64,000 nucleotides of DNA from an uncultured Planctomycetales bacterium (GTDB taxonomy: Bacteria > Omnitrophota > Gorgyraeia > Zapsychrales > JANLHA01). The number at the start of each line of letters is the position of its first letter. Within the stretch, counting starts at the first letter, position 1. Made by a program: the position numbers and the translations under genes. A model generated the notes under the pieces. The model had not been told where the DNA came from. It ran no database searches and worked only from the letters and a program-made list of their open reading frames with translations. The stretch is from positions 120,099-184,098 of the forward strand of contig CAZAXH010000002.1 in the NCBI GenBank assembly GCA_964489065.1. Reading direction: 5' to 3'. Of this stretch, positions 42,896 through 51,842 are shown piece by piece.

Positions 42896-44335
42896 ATGCT
42901 TTTTAATTCTTTAGAATTCGTGGTTTTTTTTCCCGTTGTGGTCGCGGTTTATTTCCTCCTGCCGTTTCGTTTCCGCTGGGCGTGGCTGCTTTTGTGCAGT
43001 TACGCGTTTTATATGGTCTGGAATGTCCCGTATGTGCTGTTATTGCTGGCGTCGACGGCTGTTGATTATTGGGCCGGCCTTAATGTGGCCCCGTCCAAGG
43101 GGAGAGGAGCGTTCAGGCGTAAAATGTTTTTATTGTTAAGCCTGGTCGCTAATTTTGGGATTCTGGGGGTTTTTAAATATTTTAATTTTTTCTCCGCAAG
43201 CCTGAACCGCTTGTTGGAAACCGCAGGCGTGAATTATGTCATCCCGCATCTGGATGTTTTGCTCCCGTTGGGCATCTCCTTTTACACGTTTCAGACTTTG
43301 AGTTACACCCTTGATGTCTACCGGGGGAAGATGGCGCCGCAGAAACATCTGGGTGTGTTCGCCCTGTACGTGGCATTTTTCCCACAACTGGTCGCTGGGC
43401 CTATTGAGAGGGCCACGCATCTTCTGCCGCAGTTTTTTAAAAAACATGAGTTTGACTACGAACGGGCGTGTGACGGCTTCAAGCTGATGCTGTGGGGCTT
43501 TTTTCAAAAGATCGTGATTGCCGACCGGCTGGCGTATTTTGTGAATCTTGTTTACGGGGACCCGCAGGGCTGGAGGGGCTTGCCGGTTTACCTGGCTACC
43601 AATTTTTTTGCGTTTCAGATATATTGCGATTTCGCCGGTTACTCGGATATCGCCATCGGCGCGGCCAAAGTGATGGGCTTTGATATTATGGAAAATTTCC
43701 GGAGGCCTTACTTCGCGTCGTCTATCGCCGATTTTTGGCGGCGTTGGCATATTTCCCTCTCGACCTGGTTCCGGGACTATTTATACATTCCGCTGGGGGG
43801 GAACCGGGTTTCTGTCCGGCGGTGGCATTTCAACCTCATGGTGGTGTTCGTGGTCAGCGGGCTGTGGCACGGCGCGAACTGGACGTTTGTCGTCTGGGGG
43901 GCTTTGCACGGGCTGTATATGCTGGGGGCTATCTGGACGGAAGATATGCGGGGCCGGGTGAAGAGGATGCTCCGGCTGGACCTCCATCCCGGCGTCCTCC
44001 GCTTTCTGCAGGCCGCGGTGACCTATCATCTTGTTTTATTGGCCTGGGTGTGCTTCCGGGCCCGGACCCTGGGCGAGGCGGGTGTTCTGGTCAGGAACAT
44101 GCTGACGTTCGATATCGGCACGCGGTTTCCTTATAAAAATTTTGATTTTATCGTGTCATTGGGGTGCATCGGGCTCTTGTTGCTCGTTCATGGGCTGCAA
44201 ACCCGATGGCGGCTGCGGGATTTGATTGCGGGATGGCCCAAGGCTCTGCGCTGGAGTTTTTATTATTTTGTTTTTTTAGTGATTATATTCTTGGGTAAAT
44301 TTGAAGGGGTCGAATTTATTTATTTCCAATTTTAA
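42896..44335 (+). CDS. MBOAT family membrane-bound O-acyltransferase (AlgI/DltB-like)
   Basis: Multi-TM protein with the conserved MBOAT His region WRRWHISLSTWFRDYLYIPLGGNR. Confidence 0.85.
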   Translation: MLFNSLEFVVFFPVVVAVYFLLPFRFRWAWLLLCSYAFYMVWNVPYVLLLLASTAVDYWAGLNVAPSKGRGAFRRKMFLLLSLVANFGILGVFKYFNFFSASLNRLLETAGVNYVIPHLDVLLPLGISFYTFQTLSYTLDVYRGKMAPQKHLGVFALYVAFFPQLVAGPIERATHLLPQFFKKHEFDYERACDGFKLMLWGFFQKIVIADRLAYFVNLVYGDPQGWRGLPVYLATNFFAFQIYCDFAGYSDIAIGAAKVMGFDIMENFRRPYFASSIADFWRRWHISLSTWFRDYLYIPLGGNRVSVRRWHFNLMVVFVVSGLWHGANWTFVVWGALHGLYMLGAIWTEDMRGRVKRMLRLDLHPGVLRFLQAAVTYHLVLLAWVCFRARTLGEAGVLVRNMLTFDIGTRFPYKNFDFIVSLGCIGLLLLVHGLQTRWRLRDLIAGWPKALRWSFYYFVFLVIIFLGKFEGVEFIYFQF

Positions 44336-44338
44336 GCC

Positions 44339-45322
44339 ATGAGATACGCCCTTAAAGAGATGACCGCATTTGTGTTGATTTTTCTGGCTCTATCCGTGGC
44401 CGTGCATTCCTATCTTATGGAGGGGTTAAAGGCGCGGACAACCGGGGACTTCGGCGACTGGAACAGGATTGTCAACGGCCGGATCAACGCGGATATCCTG
44501 GTGACCGGAGCGTCCCGGGCGCAATGCGGAGTGGATGTCCTTACTCTCGAATACTATTTTAAAAAGAAATGTTTTAACCTGGCGATGAAAGGCAATTCTT
44601 TGACCCTGCAATTAGCCCGGCTTAAAGTGTATTTGAAACACAATAAGGCTCCGGAGGTCATTATCCAGGTGGTTGGCCGCAACGCTCTGCGAAAGCCCCG
44701 GGCGTATAATCCGGGGCAGTTTGTCCCTTATCTGAACGAAGAGGAGCTTTTCCGGCCCCTGACCGGGATTTCCCGGCATTTTATTTTTGCCCGGTATATC
44801 CCGCTGTACAGCTTTGCGTTGCAGAGCCCGTCTTTCACGGTGGACGCCTGGCAGGGGTTGACCGGGCAGGAAGACCCGCCGCAATGCAATAGCGGCTATT
44901 GTCCGGTTGATATGGTGTGGGATAGAAAGAGCGACCTCGCCACCGTAAAAAAACTTTATCCCAACGGGATCATTGACCAGATCACCCAGGAGGGGAAGGC
45001 TGCTTTTGTGGAGTTGGTCCGGCTCTGCCGGGAGAAACACATCCGGTTGATCCTGGTTTACGCGCCGGGGTATTATGAGTTTAATGACTTTGTCGTTAAT
45101 TATGAAGAGGGTAAAGCTTTGTATCATCAATACGCCGGGCAATACGGGTTGGACCTGCTGGATTATTCCTCTGCCGACATAAGCCGGCAGGAAGACATGT
45201 TCTTGAATTCCCAGCATTTGAATTATAAAGGCGCCACGCGTTTTTCAGAAGAGCTCGCGCGGGACCTCGGCCCTTTATTCAATGAGCATTTAATTTACAC
45301 GACCCAAGGGAGTGTAAATTAG
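44339..45322 (+). CDS. hypothetical MBOAT-partner protein (possibly DltD/AlgJ-like)
   Basis: N-terminal TM anchor; lies 4 nt after the MBOAT gene. MBOAT acyltransferases usually pair with an extracytoplasmic SGNH-like transferase, but no clear motif was seen. Confidence 0.4.
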   Translation: MRYALKEMTAFVLIFLALSVAVHSYLMEGLKARTTGDFGDWNRIVNGRINADILVTGASRAQCGVDVLTLEYYFKKKCFNLAMKGNSLTLQLARLKVYLKHNKAPEVIIQVVGRNALRKPRAYNPGQFVPYLNEEELFRPLTGISRHFIFARYIPLYSFALQSPSFTVDAWQGLTGQEDPPQCNSGYCPVDMVWDRKSDLATVKKLYPNGIIDQITQEGKAAFVELVRLCREKHIRLILVYAPGYYEFNDFVVNYEEGKALYHQYAGQYGLDLLDYSSADISRQEDMFLNSQHLNYKGATRFSEELARDLGPLFNEHLIYTTQGSVN

Positions 45323-45747
45323 AAATGCGAATTGATCCTGAGCGAGTGAGCCAAGCGAACGCGTCGAAGGATATGGTTTAATACCCCGGCACTTGCTGCG
45401 GTTAATTGCGTCCAGAGCTTTCATGTCTTTGATTAAGGCAGGAAGGGGCAGGGAAGTGAAATTTTAGAAGGGAAGTATTTTTCCTGCTTGACAAAAGCGG
45501 AAGATGAAAGGGACAGTCCCCGAAAAGTTATGCCCCGGGGACAGGGCACCTCCCGTGTGTTTCCCCTTTGTATTTTCGAGCCCTGCTGGCCTGCCGGCGT
45601 TCAAGCGAACCCGTTTCCCGGATCATAATTGAGGAATCGGGTACTAATTCACGCCGCCAGCCCAGCAGGGCTCTTTTGAGGTTGAAGGTGCAGATTCGAC
45701 TCGTCCCCGGAACTCCCAAAGTTTTTGGGTTTTCAGAAGGGAAAATA

Positions 45748-45776
45748 TTGACAGAATCGCCGTGAACCGCTATACT
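45748..45776 (+). promoter_or_regulatory. sigma70-like promoter TTGACA-N17-TATACT upstream of tRNA-Leu
   Basis: Exact -35 hexamer, 17-nt spacer and good -10, located ~60 nt upstream of the tRNA 5' end. Confidence 0.5.
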
Positions 45777-45836
45777 TTGAGCTACGATTCATCGGATTCT
45801 GCGCATAAAATTTTCAGATCAATATAGAAAATTTTT

Positions 45837-45919
45837 GCCGAAGTGGCGAAATTGGTAGACGCGCACGTTTCAGGGGCGTGTGGCCTTCGGCCATGTGGGT
45901 TCGAGTCCCACCTTCGGCA
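45837..45919 (+). tRNA. tRNA-Leu (anticodon CAG), class II with long variable arm
   Basis: 7-bp acceptor stem GCCGAAG/CTTCGGC, 3-bp D-stem with GG in the loop, anticodon stem CACGT/GCGTG with loop TTCAGGG and T-arm GTGGG-TTCGAGT-CCCAC. CCA is not encoded. Confidence 0.85.
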
Positions 45920-45982
45920 CTAATATAGTATTCAGGGGCTTGCCAAAGCCCCTTTTTGCTGAAAACAGGAAGGGGGCCAGGC

Positions 45983-47410
45983 ATGGAATCATTAAAAACC
46001 CAACTCCTCGTTATCGGCGCCGGGCCGGGAGGCTACGCGGCCGCCTTTCACGCCGCCGACTTGGGGCTTGAAGTCACCTGTGTTGACCTTGAAAAAAATC
46101 CTGGAGGCGTCTGCCTCTACCGGGGCTGTATCCCGTCTAAAACTCTCCTGCATGTGGCCCGTATTATTTCCGAAACAAAAGAAGCCAGGGAATTCGGCGT
46201 TGAATTCGGAGAACCCCGTATAGATGTCGCGGGTGTCCGGCAGTGGAAAGACAAAGTCGTTTCCAAGCTGACCGGCGGCCTGGGGCAATTGACCAGGCAA
46301 AGGAAGATCCGTTTTATCCAGGGACACGCTTCTTTTTTAAACTCGCAGTCCGTGACGGTGGCGGCCGCTGATAGCTCTGCCGTGACCATAGAATTTGAAC
46401 GCGCGATCATCGCGACCGGGTCCGTGCCCATCACCCTTCCTTTTGCCCCGGCATCCCCGCGCATCCTGGATTCCACCTCCGCGCTGGCTTTGCCGGACAT
46501 CCCGAAAAAATTTTTAGTGATCGGCGGAGGGTATATCGGGCTTGAACTGGGCACGGTTTACGCCCAGCTGGGAAGCGCCGTGTCCGTGGTGGAAATGACG
46601 GCCGGGCTTCTTCCGGGCGCGGACGAGGATTTAAGCGCTCTGCTTAAGAAAAAACTTACGTCCCAATTCGAAGCCATCAAACTGAACACCAGAGTCACCG
46701 GGATTAAAGACACGGGCGGGGCGGTTGAGGTGTCTTTTGAAGACAGGGAGGGCCGGGCGTCCTCTGAAGTTTATGACAAGGTCTTGATTGCCATCGGCCG
46801 CAAGCCGGACGCTTCCGGCCTGGGGCTGGAACGCACGCAGGTTCAGCTCACCGACAGAGGTTTTATCGCTGTTCAGGCCGCCGGGCAGACGCATGACCCG
46901 GCCATTTACGCGATCGGGGACATGGCCGGCAACCCTATGCTGGCCCATAAGGCCTCGCATGAAGGCCGGGCCGCGGCCGCGACGGTTGCCGGGCAGCCCA
47001 CGGCTTTGCCGCCCAAGGCCATTCCCGCCGTTGTTTTCACCGACCCGGAGATCGCCTGGTGCGGCATCACCGAAAGCCAGGCCGTTGAGCAGGGGGTGCC
47101 GATCAGGGTCCTGAAGTTCCCCTGGGCCGCTTCCGGGCGGGCGGTCACGCTTAACCGGACAGACGGTTTGACGAAACTGATCGCTGATGATAAAACCGGC
47201 CGCTTGCTGGGGATGGCTATCGCGGGCGTGGGCGCGGGGGAAATGATCGCGGAAGGGGTTTTAGCGATTGAAATGGGCGCGGCCGCCGCAGACCTGAAAG
47301 ATAGCATTCATCCTCATCCCACCCTGTCTGAAACCGTCATGGAAGCGGCGGAGACTTTTTTCGGGCCGGGCACGCATATTTACAAGCCGCCCCGCAGGCA
47401 TCCGGGCTGA
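45983..47410 (+). CDS. lpdA: dihydrolipoyl dehydrogenase (pyridine nucleotide-disulfide oxidoreductase)
   Basis: FAD motif VIGAGPGGYAAA, redox-active disulfide GGVCLYRGCIPSK, NAD site GGGYIGLE and a C-terminal dimerisation domain with HPHPTLSE. Confidence 0.8.
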   Translation: MESLKTQLLVIGAGPGGYAAAFHAADLGLEVTCVDLEKNPGGVCLYRGCIPSKTLLHVARIISETKEAREFGVEFGEPRIDVAGVRQWKDKVVSKLTGGLGQLTRQRKIRFIQGHASFLNSQSVTVAAADSSAVTIEFERAIIATGSVPITLPFAPASPRILDSTSALALPDIPKKFLVIGGGYIGLELGTVYAQLGSAVSVVEMTAGLLPGADEDLSALLKKKLTSQFEAIKLNTRVTGIKDTGGAVEVSFEDREGRASSEVYDKVLIAIGRKPDASGLGLERTQVQLTDRGFIAVQAAGQTHDPAIYAIGDMAGNPMLAHKASHEGRAAAATVAGQPTALPPKAIPAVVFTDPEIAWCGITESQAVEQGVPIRVLKFPWAASGRAVTLNRTDGLTKLIADDKTGRLLGMAIAGVGAGEMIAEGVLAIEMGAAAADLKDSIHPHPTLSETVMEAAETFFGPGTHIYKPPRRHPG

Positions 47411-47504
47411 CGCCCGGCTTTCTCCCTTTGGGCGTTTGAGGCCCGGGGAATCCGCCGCAATAATCTTTTGCTCATTAAGGCCGAACTTGTTATAATCCTT
47501 TACC

Positions 47505-48461
47505 ATGTTAATAGAAACATTTCAGGCGACGTTGATCGCGACGGTTCAAATCCTTTTGATGGCCGGGGTGGGGTTTGCCCTGGTCAAAACATCCCTCCTG
47601 GATGATCCCGGGCTGGATATGCTGTCCAATCTGCTGGTGAAGGTGTTCCTGCCGCAGATGATTTTTTATCACCTGACGCAGCATTTTCATTTCAGCGATT
47701 ACACGTACTGGTGGGGGTACCCGCTTTTGAGCGTCGGGATCGTGCTGGCAGGGGCCGGTGTGAGCCGGGTGCTCCTCATGTTTCACCGGGGGTGCCGGAA
47801 CCGGAGCCATTTCACCGCTTTGCTGGCGTTCGCGAATTACGGGTATATCCCGCTCATGCTGGTGGCGTCTTTGTTCGATGGAGAGCGGGCGGAGTCCCTG
47901 ACCGTCACGATTTTTTTGATGATCATGGGCTTTGACTTCGCGGTCTGGTCCCTGGGGGTGTGGCTTTTGACCAGCCATAAAGACAAAACCATTTACTGGG
48001 GGCGGGTGCTGAATCCGCCGTTTGTCACCACCGTGGCCAGCCTGCTGTTGATCATGCTGGGATGGCATCGCTGGGTGCCGCCGGCGGTGATCAAGCCCGT
48101 GAAGATGTTTTCCGACTGCGCCCTGCCGTTGTCCATGATCGTGACCGGCGGCAACCTGGCCAAGACCAACCTTCAGGCGGTCGATAAGACGGATATGCGG
48201 TATTTGATTTTCGGGAAGCTGATCCTGTTGCCGGCGCTGGCTTTGGCGGCGGTGAAGGCGTTGTCGCTCCCGTATGTCCCCGGGCTTATGGTGGTCATGC
48301 AGGCCGCGGTGCCCAGCGCGGTGTCCCTGTCGATGATGATCCGTTATTATAAAGTCGATTCGGAACTCATCAACCAGGGGATTTTCTGGGATTCCTTGAT
48401 CAGCGTTTTGACGATCCCCGTCGTGTTAACCATTTATAATTTTATCACGAATTCTTATTGA
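47505..48461 (+). CDS. AEC (auxin efflux carrier) family membrane transporter
   Basis: 318 aa arranged as 5+5 TM inverted halves, typical of AEC transporters. Confidence 0.75.
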   Translation: MLIETFQATLIATVQILLMAGVGFALVKTSLLDDPGLDMLSNLLVKVFLPQMIFYHLTQHFHFSDYTYWWGYPLLSVGIVLAGAGVSRVLLMFHRGCRNRSHFTALLAFANYGYIPLMLVASLFDGERAESLTVTIFLMIMGFDFAVWSLGVWLLTSHKDKTIYWGRVLNPPFVTTVASLLLIMLGWHRWVPPAVIKPVKMFSDCALPLSMIVTGGNLAKTNLQAVDKTDMRYLIFGKLILLPALALAAVKALSLPYVPGLMVVMQAAVPSAVSLSMMIRYYKVDSELINQGIFWDSLISVLTIPVVLTIYNFITNSY

Positions 48462-48922
48462 TCATGTCCAAACCGGTCGCCACGAATAAAAAAGCGTATC
48501 ACAATTATTTTTTAAGCCAGAACTGGGAGTGCGGGATTGAGCTTAAAGGCGGGGAAGTGAAGTCTGTGCGCGCGGGGCTAGTGAATTTCAAGGACAGCTT
48601 CGCGAAGATCGAAGACGGAGAGGTGTTTTTATACAACCTGCACATCAACCCTTATAAGGAAGCCAGTTACATGAATGAGGACCCGGACCGGGCGAGAAAA
48701 CTGCTCATGCACAAGAAGGAGATCCGCAAGATCGTTTCTGAAGTGGCGGAGCGGGGCAAGGTGCTGGTGCCGACAAAGATTTATTTGAACAATCGCGGTT
48801 TAGTTAAAATTGAACTCGCGCTGGGAACCGGGAAGAAGCTGTATGATAAAAGGGAGTCGATGAAGAAGCGCGATATCGAGCGGTCTTTAAGGCAGTCGTT
48901 GCGGGTGGGGAAACGCAGATAG
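48458..48922 (+). CDS. smpB: SsrA-binding protein
   Basis: Conserved SmpB sequence (NKKAYHNYFL...GIELKGGEVKS...LLMHKKEI) with a basic C-terminal tail. Confidence 0.9.
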   Translation: MIMSKPVATNKKAYHNYFLSQNWECGIELKGGEVKSVRAGLVNFKDSFAKIEDGEVFLYNLHINPYKEASYMNEDPDRARKLLMHKKEIRKIVSEVAERGKVLVPTKIYLNNRGLVKIELALGTGKKLYDKRESMKKRDIERSLRQSLRVGKRR

Positions 48923-48942
48923 CGGTTAGGGGCGGCGGGCAG

Positions 48943-48971
48943 TTGCAGTTGGGCGCGTTTGGGTATATAAT
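48943..48971 (+). promoter_or_regulatory. sigma70-like promoter TTGCAG-N17-TATAAT for ssrA
   Basis: Consensus -10 with a 17-nt spacer, ~30 nt upstream of the mature tmRNA 5' end. Confidence 0.5.
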
Positions 48972-49003
48972 TTGAATAGCTTTTTGCCGGAAAGATTTTA
49001 TAT

Positions 49004-49391
49004 GGGGGTGATTGGTCTCGACTTAAGTTGAGAGACCATAGGTGGCATGCCGAGGACGCCAGGTTGGCCTCGTTAATCATCCGGGCACAAAACAAATGGC
49101 ACTTACAGTGTTGTTGCCGAGGCCGAGGCTATTTTAGCCGAAGCCCAACCAGCCCTTGTTTAATTAAAAAACAAGGCCCTCTTATGAGCCAGGCCTGTGG
49201 GCTTATAAGAGGACATTCAGCAGGCTAGCCGCGGCCAGCGCCTTCGGGGCGGCGGCGAAACTTAAGGAGGATGGCCTGACACAGCCCTGTTTGCCGGGTG
49301 GTTGCAGGTGACACTTAAAGACAAACTACGCATGTAGAGGCTTATGGGAAGCAACTGAAGGACCGGGGTTCGATTCCCCGCACCTCCACCA
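49004..49391 (+). ncRNA. ssrA: tmRNA (ssrA, transfer-messenger RNA)
   Basis: 5' GGGGGUGAUUGG...GGUGGCAUGCCGAGG...GGCCUCG aligns with the E. coli tmRNA 5' region. 3' ...GGACCGGGGUUCGAUUCCCCGCACCUCCACCA forms the T-arm and acceptor with encoded CCA. Internal stop-containing hairpin CCCTTGTTT-AATTAA-AAACAAGGG. Sits directly 3' of smpB. Confidence 0.85.
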
Positions 49392-49399
49392 AAATTTTA

Positions 49400-49450
49400 A
49401 GGACTCGTTACTTATTGAGCTTCAATACGTGGCGAGTCCTTTGCTGTTTT
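49400..49450 (+). terminator. rho-independent terminator of ssrA
   Basis: 8-bp stem AGGACTCG/CGAGTCCT with a long loop, followed by TTTGCTGTTTT. Confidence 0.6.
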
Positions 49451-49703
49451 CAGGTGTGGCGGGGCCCGATCAGTGTCCATTTTTTATGACTTAATGCAGG
49501 AACTGAACAAAAAATCCTTGATATACGACGTTCCGGATAAGTGATATTACATGGCAAATGGATACCATTTTATAAAAAACAGGGCTATAATAATGAAAAA
49601 TCGGGGTAAAAATTGAATTATTCAAGAGGTAAAAAACAACGCCAACCAGCAAATGGATAAGTCGTATAATAATTGTTATGTGTAAAAATAAAAAAGGGGA
49701 AAT

Positions 49704-50228
49704 ATGGAAATAGCTATTGTTATCCTATTCATTGTAGGGGGGACAGCTTGTCCTTTATGGTTTTACCTTTTTAAGCATCTTTTTAATTTAAGACACAAAC
49801 TCAGCACTAATATTCGCGAAGAAGTTTATCCGGATATACATAAAACAGTGAATTTGTTGATTTCTCTATCTTCTGCCGCAATTGTATTGACATTTTCGAT
49901 CCTGCAATTTTTAAACCAGCATCCGATAAAATGTAAATATTTTATAATTACATCATGGCTTAGCTTTACATTAGTAGTTATATTTGGAATGGTAATATTA
50001 ACATTTTTATATATTTTTCGTGCACAGTATAAAGTTATGCTCCAGTGCATTAAGAAGGCGAAAGATGACCCTACTAGTGAAACTGCGGAAGATGCCATAA
50101 CAAGTATTAATAGTGTAATGGACAAGGATATTTCCCTTCATGTATTACTCTATATGCAATCTATATCTTTTGTCAGTGGAATTATTTTTTTGATGATTTT
50201 TGCAATTATAAACATAGGAAGCACATAA
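49704..50228 (+). CDS. small 4-TM membrane protein, unknown function (AT-rich islet)
   Basis: 174 aa with four predicted TM helices, a strongly AT-rich codon composition unlike the backbone, and RBS AGGGGA upstream. Confidence 0.5.
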   Translation: MEIAIVILFIVGGTACPLWFYLFKHLFNLRHKLSTNIREEVYPDIHKTVNLLISLSSAAIVLTFSILQFLNQHPIKCKYFIITSWLSFTLVVIFGMVILTFLYIFRAQYKVMLQCIKKAKDDPTSETAEDAITSINSVMDKDISLHVLLYMQSISFVSGIIFLMIFAIINIGST

Positions 50229-50333
50229 CAACCTACTGCAGCGGATGCCGCTCGGCACCTTCGGCAGCCTCGCGACACCGCTGAGTACGGTGCGTTAGCC
50301 GCTAGTCTGCAAATAGAAAGCAAAGGAAAATAT

Positions 50334-51560
50334 ATGCACCCATTCAGAGAAGGAGATACATTTGCTACTTTTAGAAATATGGTTGACACCATAGTTTCTG
50401 AAATCAATTCTCTTGAAAATAATTATGTATTGAAAGCCTCCCAATCTGAATTGGAAGAGCATTTTGTGGGCAAGGTTCTTATTGACCCGTTAGTTCTTTA
50501 TCCAGAGAAAAGATATATCAAAAATCAATCGGGAACTAAAATTGATGTAAGTCGAGACTTCAGAAGGGGACTTTTTCCTGATGAGAGAGCAATAGTACAA
50601 GGAACAAAAGTTGACATTGCCATTCCATTTGAGGGCGACCCAATGCTATGGAGAATCAGGGCTTCTACTTTTAGTTTAAGCGGTTATCCTGAAATTGAAG
50701 TTCGGAACAATGAAATTGTTTTTAGCGTAAGTTTCCCTGACGACTCTGCACAATCAAGCCAACTTCTAGCCGAGATTGACCGCAACACAAAATCACTTTC
50801 AGATGCAGTGGGCTACCTAAAAAGTGATGTCACCAATCACAACAACTCTGCACCAAATACCATCAAGCAGGCTTTGACGAGAAAACGGACGCTTGCTCAG
50901 TCAACAACTGGCGCTATTGCCGCTTTAGGTATTCCTGTAAAACGAGTTGGCGAAGAACCAACTTTTACTATTCCCACAAAAAGAAGAACCAGACCTGCCA
51001 CGCTACCTACTGTTGCAACGGGGAAATATGAACCTGAACCTGTTCTGGATGAGAAGGAATATCAACATATTTTGGAGATATTAAGAAGCATGTCTCTAGT
51101 AATAGAGCGAAACCCATCGTCTTTTGCATCTCTTGATGAAGAAGCAATAAGAGACCATTTTTTGTTACAACTCAATGGTCATTATGAAGGCGGAGCGACA
51201 GGCGAAACTTTCAACGCATCTGGCAAAACTGACATCCTAATCAGAGAAGGCAATAAAAATGTTTTCATAGCCGAATGTAAATTTTGGCGCGGGCAAAAGG
51301 TTTTTACGGAAGCGGTTAACCAATTACTTGGTTATCTTACTTGGAGAGATTCAAAGTGCGCTTTGCTTATTTTCAATAAAACTAAAGACTCAAGTGCTGT
51401 CCGACAAAAAATGCACGAAACTATGGAAGCATTGCCAGAATACAGGAAAACAGAATTTCATCAACCAAATGGAGATTCTCGTTACATTTTGGTCAAAGCG
51501 TCAGAGCCTGGAAAAGAAATTGTCGTTACAACTCAACTCTACGATATACCAGTTGTATAA
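50334..51560 (+). CDS. uncharacterised protein with C-terminal PD-(D/E)xK nuclease-like motif (AT-rich islet)
   Basis: 408 aa. C-terminal GKTDILIREGNKNVFIAECKFWRG gives a D-x14-E-C-K restriction-endonuclease-fold signature. The N-terminal ~290 aa have no recognisable motif. Composition is AT-rich and foreign. Confidence 0.5.
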   Translation: MHPFREGDTFATFRNMVDTIVSEINSLENNYVLKASQSELEEHFVGKVLIDPLVLYPEKRYIKNQSGTKIDVSRDFRRGLFPDERAIVQGTKVDIAIPFEGDPMLWRIRASTFSLSGYPEIEVRNNEIVFSVSFPDDSAQSSQLLAEIDRNTKSLSDAVGYLKSDVTNHNNSAPNTIKQALTRKRTLAQSTTGAIAALGIPVKRVGEEPTFTIPTKRRTRPATLPTVATGKYEPEPVLDEKEYQHILEILRSMSLVIERNPSSFASLDEEAIRDHFLLQLNGHYEGGATGETFNASGKTDILIREGNKNVFIAECKFWRGQKVFTEAVNQLLGYLTWRDSKCALLIFNKTKDSSAVRQKMHETMEALPEYRKTEFHQPNGDSRYILVKASEPGKEIVVTTQLYDIPVV

Positions 51561-51727
51561 TGGCAAAAAAGCGGCTAACAACCAAATGCACTTGACCGCC
51601 TTCGGCGCGGGTACGCGAGCTTCTATGAGCAAGCCATCTCTTGAATTTTTGAAAGAGACCGTGCTAGAATCGGCGGCAAGTGATTTGGAGCGTTGGGCGC
51701 ACTTAATAAGAGGAAGACGATAATTGC

Positions 51728-51811
51728 ATGAAAAAAAGGATTCTTGCCTCGATTAAAGCAACGATAGATAATGGGCGTCGCTTAATTGAAGATGCGGATA
51801 TGTGTGCATGA
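51728..51811 (+). pseudogene. 27-codon ORF (MKKRILASIKATIDNGRRLIEDADMCA), possibly the N-terminal remnant of a truncated gene
   Basis: Lies at an abrupt AT-rich to GC-rich composition junction. The helix-like N-terminus terminates after 27 codons. Confidence 0.25.
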
Positions 51812-51842
51812 GGCGTCTTTGCGTTGTTTTGGAGGTATTGGC

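Noticed and set aside
45528-45765. Two overlapping 60-65-aa ORFs on opposite strands in the tRNA-Leu upstream spacer
   Set aside because: They overlap each other and coincide with an inverted repeat. There is no RBS, and the composition looks noncoding. They are better treated as a possible RNA element.
49028-49228. 66-aa ORF in the six-frame track
   Set aside because: It falls completely inside the tmRNA gene and is not a protein-coding gene.
51328-51723. 131-aa ORF in the track overlapping the 3' end of the PD-(D/E)xK protein gene
   Set aside because: It is mostly out-of-frame overlap with a better-supported gene. Only its last ~45 codons are in intergenic sequence, possibly a short remnant, and there is no supporting signal.
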